Shown in pieces: positions 19,272 through 28,914 of a stretch of 64,000 bases of DNA (its first letter is position 1; the number at the start of each line of letters is the position of its first letter). The notes beneath the pieces were generated by a model, which did no database searches, was not told where the DNA came from, and worked only from the letters and a program-made list of their open reading frames with translations. A program made the position numbers and the translations under genes. The stretch comes from an uncultured Candidatus Binatia bacterium (lineage in GTDB: Bacteria > Desulfobacterota > Binatia > Bin18). Where the stretch lies: the NCBI GenBank assembly GCA_965200355.1, contig OZ241351.1, positions 44,896 through 108,895 of the forward strand. Reading direction: 5' to 3'.

Positions 19272-21119
19272 TCCTTTACACATCCCGAGCGGGATAGGAA
19301 ATATTCCTGTTGAATGGCGCTGGGCACGTCTTGAAGATGTATGCGACGGTATCTTCGACTGTCCGCACTCCACACCGAAACTTTCGGACTCTGGACCGCT
19401 CATGGTGCGTACTCAAGACATCCTGTCTGGCGTATTTCGGACAGATCAAGCGGGCCATGTCTCGGAAGAAACATATCGAGAACGGACAAAACGTGCTGAA
19501 CCAACTCACGGCGACCTCTTCTATAGTCGTGAAGGAACCTACTTTGGAATTGCAGCGGAAGTGCCCCAGAATAACCGCGTATGCCTCGGACAACGGATGG
19601 TTCTGCTACGCCCAAATTCGCAGGCGGTTGATTTCCATTATCTGCGTTTCTGGTTGAACAGTCCTGTGATGGAAGCTCACATTCATGGTTTCCGCGATGG
19701 CTCAGTGGCAGAGCGACTCAACTTGCCGACAATACGAGTCTTGCCCGTTTTATTGCCCCCCTCCCCGAACAACGCGCCATCGCCCCCATCCTCGGCACCC
19801 TCGACGACAAGATTGAATGCAATCGCCGCATGAACGAAACGCTCGAAGACATGGCCCACGCCCTCTTCAAGAGTTGGTTCATCGACTTCGACCCCGTTCA
19901 TGCTAAAGTCGCCCTCCGCCGCCACGCCGCCGCCTCAATCACTCCCCCCTTGAGGGGGAGTCGGCACGCCCAGGGCGTCAGCCCGCCGGCGCGCCGGTGG
20001 GGGGACATCAAACGCTACTACTCCCCGCAAACCCTCCAAAAAGCCCGCACCCTCCGCCACCCCCAAACCGACGCCGAAGCCCTCCTTTGGTACTATCTCC
20101 GCAACAAACAACTTGCCGGCCACAAATTCCGCCGGCAGCAGCCCATCGGCCCCTATATTGTCGATTTTGCCTGCCTGTCCCAAAAAGTCCTCGTCGAACT
20201 CGACGGCGGCCACCACGCCGCGCGGACAGCCTCCGATACGCGGCGAGACGAGTTTTTACGGGGCAAAGGCTACCGGGTGCTCCGCTTTTGGAATCACGAA
20301 GTTTTCGAGAACTGTTTCGGCGTGTTGGAGCGCATTTATGCTGCCCTGCCTCATCACCCTCCCCTTGAGGGAGGGTCGGAAGACGCCAGTCTTTCGGGGA
20401 GGGGGTCCCCCCCACCGCCTCAGCCGGCGCCTAGCGGCTTGGCTTCTGCGACTCCCCCTCAAGGGGGGAGTGATTGGACGGTGGAACGAGCACGGGCGTA
20501 TCTGGCCGGGCTGGACCCAGGCATTGCCGCGTTGTTCCCGGACCGCTTTGTGGATTCGGAGTTGGGGGAGATACCGGCGGGGTGGGGGGTAAAGCCGCTA
20601 GGAGGGGTGATTGAGTTAGCCTACGGCAAAGCCTTGAAGGCAGCGGCGCGAAGAGGTGGAGCCATTCCTGTATACGGCTCAAACGGCCAAATCGGTTGGC
20701 ACGATAAGAAATTGGTAACGGGGCCAGGGATTATTGTCGGACGGAAAGGGAATCCCGGAGTAATCACATGGGTACAAAGTGATTTCTTTCCCATTGACAC
20801 GACGTTCTATGTCGTACCCAAGGAAGGCAAGCAAAGTCTGTACTTTTTATTCTATGCCCTGGAAAGACAAGAGCTTGCGAACCTCACTGCTGATTCGGCC
20901 GTGCCTGGCCTAAATCGCAATCTGGCCTACATGAATGCACTACTTATCCCTGATGGCATGATAGTCGAGAGTTTTAACGATTATGCCAAGCCGCTTTTCA
21001 CTCGTCGCCATCGGCTAGAAGAGGAGACCCGCACCCTGGCCGCTCTGCGTGACACGCTGTTGCCGAAGCTAGTGTCAGGAGAGCTGCGGGTTGGGGATGT
21101 TTCCAATTACGCTCAGTAG
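19237..21119 (+). pseudogene. hsdS: Type I RM specificity subunit, frameshifted, with internal DUF559 insertion
   Basis: TRD1 (PVEWRWARLEDV..DCPHSTP) then LPP|[24 protein letters not shown] across a one-base deficit in the C-run 19756-19761; [13 protein letters not shown]2, [17 protein letters not shown]. Confidence 0.88.
19936..20476 (+). mobile_element. DUF559 (Vsr-like endonuclease) cassette with perfect 28-bp terminal inverted repeats
   Basis: CAATCACTCCCCCCTTGAGGGGGAGTCG at 19936-19963 and its exact reverse complement at 20449-20476; domain [53 protein letters not shown] at about 20031-20348. Confidence 0.75.
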
Positions 21120-21149
21120 CACAGTAGAGGTCCGGCAAGGAGATACTAT

Positions 21150-21908
21150 ATGGCGAAGAAACCAGAAATTATGACTAATCACTCCTGCTTAGACGAGGGA
21201 ATGGTCAGCCGCTACAAACAGCGTATGGAGGATATAGTCCATCGGTTGGAGTCGATAGACGCAGTCATGGAGCGGAGAACTAACCTTCTTTACTACCAGA
21301 CGGCAGTAGAATTCGTTTACCTCCAATTTCGTCTGATCTTAGAGAACATCGCTACATTGTGGCTGGAGGCCGCAGGAGAAGAGAAGAAACAGGCTGTCGA
21401 AAACATCGTACGAAATGAGTGGAACGCGAAGGAAATTCTCGCAGCATTATCGAAGATAAATCCTAACTTCTATCCTACCGTACCAAACAGGCTTCAACCT
21501 GACGACGAAACTAAAAAGCAATTGCCCAAAGAAATGCAAAGCCAATTCAGAGGAAAGATTGAGAATGTTGAGGCCAGCAACTATCTCACGAAGGAACGAT
21601 GGATCACGCTGTATGACAAATCATCGCAGTTGGTTCATGCAGGAGTGTTTCAGACCAGCCTTCTGACCATGAAGCAAGCCAATAGTCTCCTCAACCAAGC
21701 CAGACGATGGAGGAAGTTGATTTACGATCTTTTGCGTCATCATCGAGTGCTTTTGGGGGACGAGCGAGACGACTGGCTGATGGTAATAGCACAGCTAAAT
21801 CCGCCGTCGCATGGAGGGCTGCCGCATCACAGAGTTCGTTCGGGAGGACAAGCTGGAGGCGGAAAACCACCTAGCGGCGACAAGGGACAAAGCTGCCTGA
21901 AAACATGA
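21150..21908 (+). CDS. Hypothetical AT-rich protein between hsdS and hsdR
   Basis: 252-aa ORF, AAGGAG RBS, stop overlaps the hsdR ATG; visibly lower GC than flanks. Confidence 0.75.
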   Translation: MAKKPEIMTNHSCLDEGMVSRYKQRMEDIVHRLESIDAVMERRTNLLYYQTAVEFVYLQFRLILENIATLWLEAAGEEKKQAVENIVRNEWNAKEILAALSKINPNFYPTVPNRLQPDDETKKQLPKEMQSQFRGKIENVEASNYLTKERWITLYDKSSQLVHAGVFQTSLLTMKQANSLLNQARRWRKLIYDLLRHHRVLLGDERDDWLMVIAQLNPPSHGGLPHHRVRSGGQAGGGKPPSGDKGQSCLKT

Positions 21909-24900
21909 CCAGATTTACTGAATCCACGGTCGAAGACGCCGCCCTGGACTGACTCGCAAGCCTGGGCTGGAACAGCGCCCACGGCCCGGACATTGCGCCG
22001 GATACGCCGGACGCAGAACGGAGCGACTACGGAGCGGTGGTGCTGGAACGGCGGCTGCGCGATGCGCTCGTCCGGCTCAACCCTACCCTGCCGCCTGAAG
22101 CCCTGGACGACGCTGTTCGTAGGCTGACCCACCCGGCAGGATCGACGCTCGTAGTCCGCAACCACGCTTTTCATCGGATGCTGGTCGATGGCCTGCCGGT
22201 GGAGTATCGCACCGCCGACGGGGTAGTCCGCGGCGCACAGGCGCGGGTGATGGATTTTGATACGCCGGCCAATAACGACTGGCTGGCGGTCAATCAGTTC
22301 ACAGTGGTGGAGAATAAACACGCGCGCCGGCCCGATGTGGTGCTGTTCGTCAACGGCCTGCCGCTCGGAGTGGTCGAACTCAAGAATCCGGTGGACGAAG
22401 AGTCGACTATCTGGACCGCCTGGCAACAACTCCAGACCTATAAGACCGAACTGCCAACGCTGTTTTCGATGAACGCGGTCCTGCTGGTCTCGGATGGGGT
22501 CGAAGCCCGCATTGGTACGCTGACCGCGAGGCGGGAATGGTTCAAGCCCTGGCGCACGATTGCGGGAGAAACCCTGGCCGATTCGCATAGGCCCGAATTG
22601 CAGGTCATGCTCGCAGGCGTTTGCCGACCGGACCGTTTTCTTGCGCTGGTGCGCGACTTCATGGTGTTTGAGGACGACGGCAGCGGAGCCGTGGTCAAGA
22701 AAATGGCCGGATATCATCAGTTCCACGCGGTCAGGGTTGCCGTCACCGAGACGCTGCGAGCTGCGGGGTTGGAGTCAGTAGACGAACAGACTGCCGAGGG
22801 GTTTGGCCGCTATGAGTCGGGCCGCACCCCCGGCGGCAAGCCCGGCGACCGGCGTATCGGCGTGGTGTGGCACACCCAGGGGTCGGGCAAGAGCCTGACG
22901 ATGGCCTTTTATGCCGGACGTATCGTGCGGGAACCGGCCATGCAGAATCCGACTCTGGTCGTCCTGACCGACCGTAACGACCTGGACGACCAGCTTTTTG
23001 GTACGTTCGCGCGTTGCCATGACCTGTTACGTCAGCCGCCGGTACAGGCAAAAAGCCGGGCGGATTTGCGCGCCAGGCTGGCGGTTGAGTCGGGCGGCGT
23101 GGTCTTTACAACTATTCAGAAGTTCTTTCCAGAGGAGAAAGGGGACCGGCACCCGTTGTTGTCGGAGCGGCGCAACATCGTGGTCATTGCCGACGAGGCC
23201 CACCGCAGCCAGTACGACTTCATCGCCGGCTATGCGCGGCATATGCGGGACGCCCTGCCCCAGGCTTCGTTTGTCGGCTTCACCGGCACGCCGATTGAGT
23301 TGCAGGACGCCAACACCCGAGCTGTGTTTGGCGACTACATCAGCATCTATGACATGCAGCGGGCGGTTGAGGACAAAGCGACCGTGCCGATCTATTACGA
23401 GAGTCGGCTGGCCAAGCTCTCCCTCGATGAGAGCGAGCAGCCAAAGATTGATCCCGACTTTGAGGAGGCGACCGAGGGCGAGGAGGTTGGGCGCAAGGAA
23501 AAGCTCAAGACCAAATGGGCGCAACTCGAAGCGGTGGTCGGGACCGAAAAGCGCTTGAAGCGCCTCACTCAGGATATTGTCACCCACTTTGAGCACCGCC
23601 TGGAAGCGCTCAATGGCAAGGCCATGATCGTCTGCATGAGTCGGCGCATTTGCATTGCACTCTACCGGGAGCTGGTGCGGCTGCGCCCGGCCTGGCAGGA
23701 GGAAGACGACAAGGGGCAGATTGCAGTCGTAATGACCGGCTCGGCCTCCGACCCTCCCGCCTGGCAGCCGCATATTCGGACCAAGGCGCGGCGCGAGGCC
23801 CTGGCCAAACGCTTCCGGAACCCCAACGACCCGCTGCGCCTGGTCCTGGTGCGCGACATGTGGCTGACTGGCTTTGACGCGCCGAGCCTGCACACCATGT
23901 ACGTGGACAAGCCCATACGCGGCCACGGCCTGATGCAGGCTATCGCTCGGGTCAACCGGGTGTTCCGGGACAAGCCGGGTGGGCTGGTCGTGGATTATCT
24001 GGGGCTGGCGCATGAACTGAAGCTGGCGCTGGCGACCTATACCCAGAGCGGCGGCAGCGGGAAAACCGCACTCGACTAGGAGCAGGCGGTGGCAGTGATG
24101 CAGGAGAAGTATGAAGTCTGCTGCGCCTTGTTCCACGGCTTTGACCGCTCGCGGTTGAGCACCGGCGCGCCGACAGAACGGCTGGCCTTGTTGCCGGCCG
24201 CACAGGAACACATCCTGACCCAGGAAAACGGCAAAGAGCGTTACCTGGCCGCGGTCCGCGCGCTGTCCCAGGCGTTTGCTCTGGCCGTCCCGCATGAAGC
24301 CGCACTGGACATTCGGGACGAGGTCGCGTTCTTTCAGGCCGTCCGGTCGGTCCTCGCCAAGCGAGCGCCCGGCGATATTCGCCCCAAGGAAGAGTTGGAC
24401 CAGGCCGTGCGCCAGATTGTTTCGCGGGCCGTGGCATCGGAAGGGGTGATCAACATCTTCTCCGCCGCCGGACTGGAGAAACCCGATATCTCGGTCCTGT
24501 CGGACGAATTTCTGGCCGAGGTGCGGGACATGCCGCAGCGCAACCTCGCAGTCGAACTGTTACAGAAACTGCTAAAAGGCGAACTCGCCGTCCGCCGTCG
24601 GAAAAACGTTGTCCAGGCGCGGTCGTTCGCCAAGATGCTGGAACACACCCTGCGTCGCTATCAAAACCGGGCCGTCGAAGCCGCGCAGGTTGTTGAGGAA
24701 CTGATTCAACTCGCCCAGGAGTTGCGCGAGGCAAGCGCTCGCGGCGAAAAGCTCGGCCTGTCGGAAGACGAGGTGGCGTTTTATGACGCGCTCGAAACAC
24801 ATGACAGCGCGGTACAGGTGCTCGGCGACGAAACCCTGCGCAATATCGCCCGCGCATTGGTGAAAACCGTGCGCCGCAACGTCACCATTGACTGGACGCT

Positions 24901-25042
24901 CCGCGAGAATGTCCGCGCCAATCTGCGCCGTCTGGTCAAACGCATTCTGCGCAAACACGGGTATCCGCCCGACAAGCAGGAGCGAGCGACACGGACTGTG
25001 CTGGAGCAGGCCGAGGTGTTCGCCGCGGGCTGGGCGGCCTAA
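21905..25042 (+). pseudogene. hsdR: Type I restriction endonuclease subunit R with two in-frame stops
   Basis: Single frame from ATG 21905; [50 protein letters not shown]; TGA at 21950-21952 and TAG at 24077-24079. Confidence 0.92.
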
Positions 25043-25365
25043 CCGGAGGCCGGTCGTCCGCGGGAAGTCGGACCTGTCGCACCCCCGCTCCCAAACACCC
25101 TGCACGGTCTGGGTGCCGTTGGGAGTGCGGGTCAGCCCGCTTCTTGTTTTCACAGGAATGACGGACGGCTCCACCGCATCGTGCACTGCGCTCGGCACGT
25201 TCCACAACGCTGGCTTCGGCTTGACAGGGGACTGACGGCCAGAGTATCCACGAGCAAGACCCGCGGGGGACAGCACCCGTGCCGTTGGAATCGGGCGGGG
25301 CCGCTTTTTCGTGTCCGCGACCACGGTATGCAACCCCCCATAGCTCGCCGAAAGGAGGAACGACC

Positions 25366-26139
25366 ATGACCGGGCAGTTCGACACAAGGGTAGCGCTCGT
25401 CACCGGCGGCGGCTCGGGTATTGGCCGTGCCTCGGCTGTGGCTTTTGCCAGGGAAAACGCTCGGGTTGTTGTTGCCGACGTAGATGAGGCCGGTGGACAG
25501 GAGACGGTCGGCGTGATTGAGGCGGCTGGGGGCACGGCGCTGTTCGTCCGTACCGATGTCTCCCAGGCGGCGGAGATGGCCGCCCTGGTGCAGCGGGTCG
25601 TTACGACCTACGGCCGTTTGGACTGCGCCCTCAACAACGCCGGTATCCAGGGGGATATCAGGCCGACCGCCGAGTGCAGCCAGGAAAACTGGGAGCGGAT
25701 TATTGCCATCAATCTGACCGGGGTGTGGTTGGGTATGAAGCACGAACTCCGGCAGATGCTGCACCAGGGCGGGGGCGCAATCGTCAACACGGCCTCGAAC
25801 TTCGGGCTGGTAGGCTCAAGCGGGATGCCAGCCTACTCGGCCAGCAAGCACGGCGTCCTCGGGCTGACGAAAACCGCCGCCCTGGAGTATGCTACGGCCG
25901 GTATTCGGATCAATGCCGTCTGCCCAGGGCCGGTTCAGACGCCGCTGGTCGATAAAATTCTGGCCACTCAGCCCGAGTTGGGCGACCAGATTATCAAGGC
26001 CATTGAGGCCAGACAGCCGGTAGGGCGTATGGGGAGGCCGGAGGAAATTGCCGAGGCGGTGGTCTGGTTGTGTTCCGATGCGGCCTCGTTTGTCACTGGA
26101 GCGGCCCTGTCCGTGGACGGCGGCTTTGTGGCGCAGTAG
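25366..26139 (+). CDS. SDR family oxidoreductase
   Basis: TGGGSGIG, NNAG, YSASK; AGGAGG RBS. Confidence 0.93.
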   Translation: MTGQFDTRVALVTGGGSGIGRASAVAFARENARVVVADVDEAGGQETVGVIEAAGGTALFVRTDVSQAAEMAALVQRVVTTYGRLDCALNNAGIQGDIRPTAECSQENWERIIAINLTGVWLGMKHELRQMLHQGGGAIVNTASNFGLVGSSGMPAYSASKHGVLGLTKTAALEYATAGIRINAVCPGPVQTPLVDKILATQPELGDQIIKAIEARQPVGRMGRPEEIAEAVVWLCSDAASFVTGAALSVDGGFVAQ

Positions 26140-26233
26140 TCAGGAGAAGAACAACAGGCGAGGAGGACAGAGGGCGGACCCTCCTCACGCTTCAGGATTT
26201 CGCCAAAAACAGCAAAAAGGGAGTGTACGACCT

Positions 26234-27226
26234 ATGCCGGCTCTGAAACTGGACGAACCGCTATCCATTCTCGTGCTGCTCGGGCTGACCCTGCCCGAAG
26301 TGTCTGAAGATGATGTGGCAAAAATTCAGGCCGCGGCCCCTCGCTCGACCGTCAAGATAGCCCCTCGGGTCGGTGATGCGCTCGACATGGCCGCTGATGT
26401 CGAGGTCATCCTTGGCTTCTTGCCCGAAGCCTTGTTTCGGGCCGCTCCCCGTCTGCGCTGGGTGCACGCCATTGCCTCGGGGGTCGATATGTTTCTCTAC
26501 CCGGCGATGCGAGACTCCGCTGTGGTCCTGACCGGAGAAAAGGGCCTGGTGGGCGGACACTTGGCGGATACCGGGTTTGGCCTGCTCTTGGCCCTGACCC
26601 GCCAGATCGCGACCGCCGTCCGCCTCGGCCCGGCCAGTTGGCAGGAACGGGAGGTCATGCGCCGCAAAGAGGTCGAGCTGGAGGGGCTGACGATGGGCAT
26701 TGTCGGCTTCGGGGGGACCGGGCGGGCGATGGCCCGCCGAGCGGTGGCGTTTGGTATGCGCGTGCTGGCCCTGGATGAGCGACCCGTCCCAGTATCGGAC
26801 GGCGTGGACGTGGTATGGGGCCGGGAGCGGTTGCCCGAGTTGCTGGCTGCTGCTGACGTGGTGGCGATCTGCTGTCCGCTCACAGCCGAGACGCGGCAGA
26901 TGTTCAACCCGCCAACCTTCGCCCATTTGAAGCCGGGCGCGCTGCTGGTCAATGTCACCCGCGGGGAGATTATAGACGGAGAGGCCCTGGTCCAAGCGTT
27001 GCAAGACGGCCGGTGTGGCGGCGCGGCGCTTGATGTTGCTCCAATCGAACCCCTGCCGGCCGATCATCCCTTGTGGACGTTTGAGAATGTGGTCATGACG
27101 CCGCATACCGCTGGGGCGAGCCAGCTCCGGGCCACGCGCAACCTCGAACGCTTTTGCGAAAACCTGCGCCGTATCCAGCGCGGTGAGCCCCTCGTCGGCG
27201 TGGTCGATAAACAGCGCGGCTACTAA
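26234..27226 (+). CDS. D-2-hydroxyacid dehydrogenase family protein
   Basis: GIVGFGGTG, LVNVTRG, LDVAPIEPL, TPHTAG. Confidence 0.92.
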   Translation: MPALKLDEPLSILVLLGLTLPEVSEDDVAKIQAAAPRSTVKIAPRVGDALDMAADVEVILGFLPEALFRAAPRLRWVHAIASGVDMFLYPAMRDSAVVLTGEKGLVGGHLADTGFGLLLALTRQIATAVRLGPASWQEREVMRRKEVELEGLTMGIVGFGGTGRAMARRAVAFGMRVLALDERPVPVSDGVDVVWGRERLPELLAAADVVAICCPLTAETRQMFNPPTFAHLKPGALLVNVTRGEIIDGEALVQALQDGRCGGAALDVAPIEPLPADHPLWTFENVVMTPHTAGASQLRATRNLERFCENLRRIQRGEPLVGVVDKQRGY

Positions 27227-27270
27227 GACCAGCGCCCCGTCCATTGTATTCCCGGCCAAGATGACGCAGG

Positions 27271-28542
27271 ATGGCGCATATTTACGAGACGAGAGAGATG
27301 ATACCAGACAGGAGACACACCACCAAGGGCAAACGCTGGACGCTTGACCATCCAGAGCTGGGGACCGGGCCCTTACCCATCACGCCCTATCTTTCTGCGG
27401 AGTATTTTGCGCAGGAGCGCGAGAAGATTTTTACCCGGACGTGGCTGTGTACGGGCAAGAAAGTCGAAGAGATTCCTCAGCCGGGCGATTATCTGGCGCT
27501 GGATATTGCGGTCGGCAACACCTCGGTCCTGCTCGTCCGGGGCCAAGACGGGCGGGTGCGCGGATTTCACAATGTGTGCAAACATCGCGGCAATCGACTG
27601 GCCTGGGACGACCGTGGCGCGTGCGGGACCGGGTTGACCTGCCGCTTCCACGGCTGGACCTATGCCGCGGACGGTCGCCTGGTCGGGGTGCCGGAAGAAG
27701 ACATGTTCTTTGACTTTGACAAACGGGACTACGGCCTGAGTCCGGTTGCCACGGAGGTCTGGCAGGGCTTTATTTTTATCAACCTTGACCCGCACCCACC
27801 GGAAACGCTGCACCAGTATCTCGGCGAAGTGGTTGACCTGCTGGGCGGCTATGCGTTTGACCGCTTGCCGCTGAGCTGGTCGTATACGGCCCGGCAGCAC
27901 TGCAACTGGCGGATTCTACGCGACTCGCAGCTCGAGTTCTATCACGGCAAGGCGCTGCATCAGCAGTTCGCCGGCAAGGTGATGATGAATAAGCAGCAGC
28001 CGTCCTGCCACGTGCTCGACGCCAAGCTCTTCCGCCGTCACAGTATGATGTCGTTTTACGGCGACCGCCGGAACACCCAGCGCACGCCCATGGAATTGTT
28101 GATGGCCCAATTTGGGGCCAGCCTCAAAACCTTTCCCGGCGCGCGGGATATGGACCGCTGGCCCCTGGGGGTCAACCCCACACGCAGCAAACAGTGGTTC
28201 TTTGATATTTATTACATCTTTCCCAATTTTCATCTGGTGATTCTGAGCCCCTTTCTGTTTGTCGCCCACACCATATGGCCGGAGACGGTCAAGCGCTCAA
28301 CCTGGAACGCGCGGGGCTATTTCCCCCAGCCGGCGACTGCCGCCGAGTCGGTGACGCGCGAATATAATAAATGCCTGGCGCGGGACGTGTGGCTGGAAGA
28401 CGGCAGCACCCTGGAAAACACCCAGCGCGGCATCGAGTCGGGTGTGCTGAGCCAGTATCCGCTCCAGGACCAGGAATTGCTGATCCGCCACGCCCATCAG
28501 GTGGCGGAAGCCCTGCTCGCCAGCGGCGGACAAGCGGGGTGA
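27271..28542 (+). CDS. Rieske aromatic ring-hydroxylating oxygenase alpha subunit
   Basis: CKHRG..CRFHGW Rieske motif; EFYHGKALH and WLED mononuclear iron ligands. Confidence 0.92.
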   Translation: MAHIYETREMIPDRRHTTKGKRWTLDHPELGTGPLPITPYLSAEYFAQEREKIFTRTWLCTGKKVEEIPQPGDYLALDIAVGNTSVLLVRGQDGRVRGFHNVCKHRGNRLAWDDRGACGTGLTCRFHGWTYAADGRLVGVPEEDMFFDFDKRDYGLSPVATEVWQGFIFINLDPHPPETLHQYLGEVVDLLGGYAFDRLPLSWSYTARQHCNWRILRDSQLEFYHGKALHQQFAGKVMMNKQQPSCHVLDAKLFRRHSMMSFYGDRRNTQRTPMELLMAQFGASLKTFPGARDMDRWPLGVNPTRSKQWFFDIYYIFPNFHLVILSPFLFVAHTIWPETVKRSTWNARGYFPQPATAAESVTREYNKCLARDVWLEDGSTLENTQRGIESGVLSQYPLQDQELLIRHAHQVAEALLASGGQAG

Positions 28543-28545
28543 GGC

Positions 28546-28884
28546 ATGGCCGCGCCGCGCCTGCCCGAGCCGTTCGCCGACCTCGAACCGCTGGCCGCAG
28601 TCTGGGCGCTGGCGACCGAGACCGAGCGCAACCAGCAACGCCTCAGCAGCACGATGACCCAGATTCAGGTATTTTACGACACCCTGCTGCCCCGTATGGA
28701 GGCCGTCCTGACCTATCTGAGTCAATTCCCACCAGAGCCGCCAGCCGCGCTGCCCCAGGAGGTCCGACGGCTCTTATCCCTGGCCCTGGCTATGGCCGAA
28801 ATCACCACCGCGGTGGAGCTCCACCAACAGCCCAGCGTGCCGGCCGGCTTTGACCCGCAGCACTTTATTCCCGACCACAAGTAG
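28546..28884 (+). CDS. Small hypothetical protein coupled to the Rieske oxygenase
   Basis: Starts 3 nt after the oxygenase stop; LPEPFADLEP..WALATETER..FYD pattern; coding-like codon use. Confidence 0.7.
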   Translation: MAAPRLPEPFADLEPLAAVWALATETERNQQRLSSTMTQIQVFYDTLLPRMEAVLTYLSQFPPEPPAALPQEVRRLLSLALAMAEITTAVELHQQPSVPAGFDPQHFIPDHK

Positions 28885-28906
28885 GGGCAACCCCCTGTGG
28901 TTGCCC
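28881..28906 (+). repeat. GTAG-type REP element
   Basis: GTAG-GGGCAACC-CCCTGT-GGTTGCCC hairpin between convergent genes; its TAG is the upstream stop codon. Confidence 0.75.
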
Positions 28907-28914
28907 AGAACGCG

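Noticed and set aside
19936-20476. Intein or classical IS in hsdS
   Set aside because: No Cys/Ser start or His-Asn end splicing motifs, no DDE or HUH transposase, and no obvious target-site duplication.
16600-25050. Prophage or integrative element carrying the RM island
   Set aside because: No integrase, tRNA, att-like direct repeats or phage genes were seen at the borders.
25228-25310. Known riboswitch (ZTP, ykkC, yybP, cobalamin)
   Set aside because: Only short fragments of each consensus match and the downstream SDR gene does not fit; kept only as a low-interest structured region.
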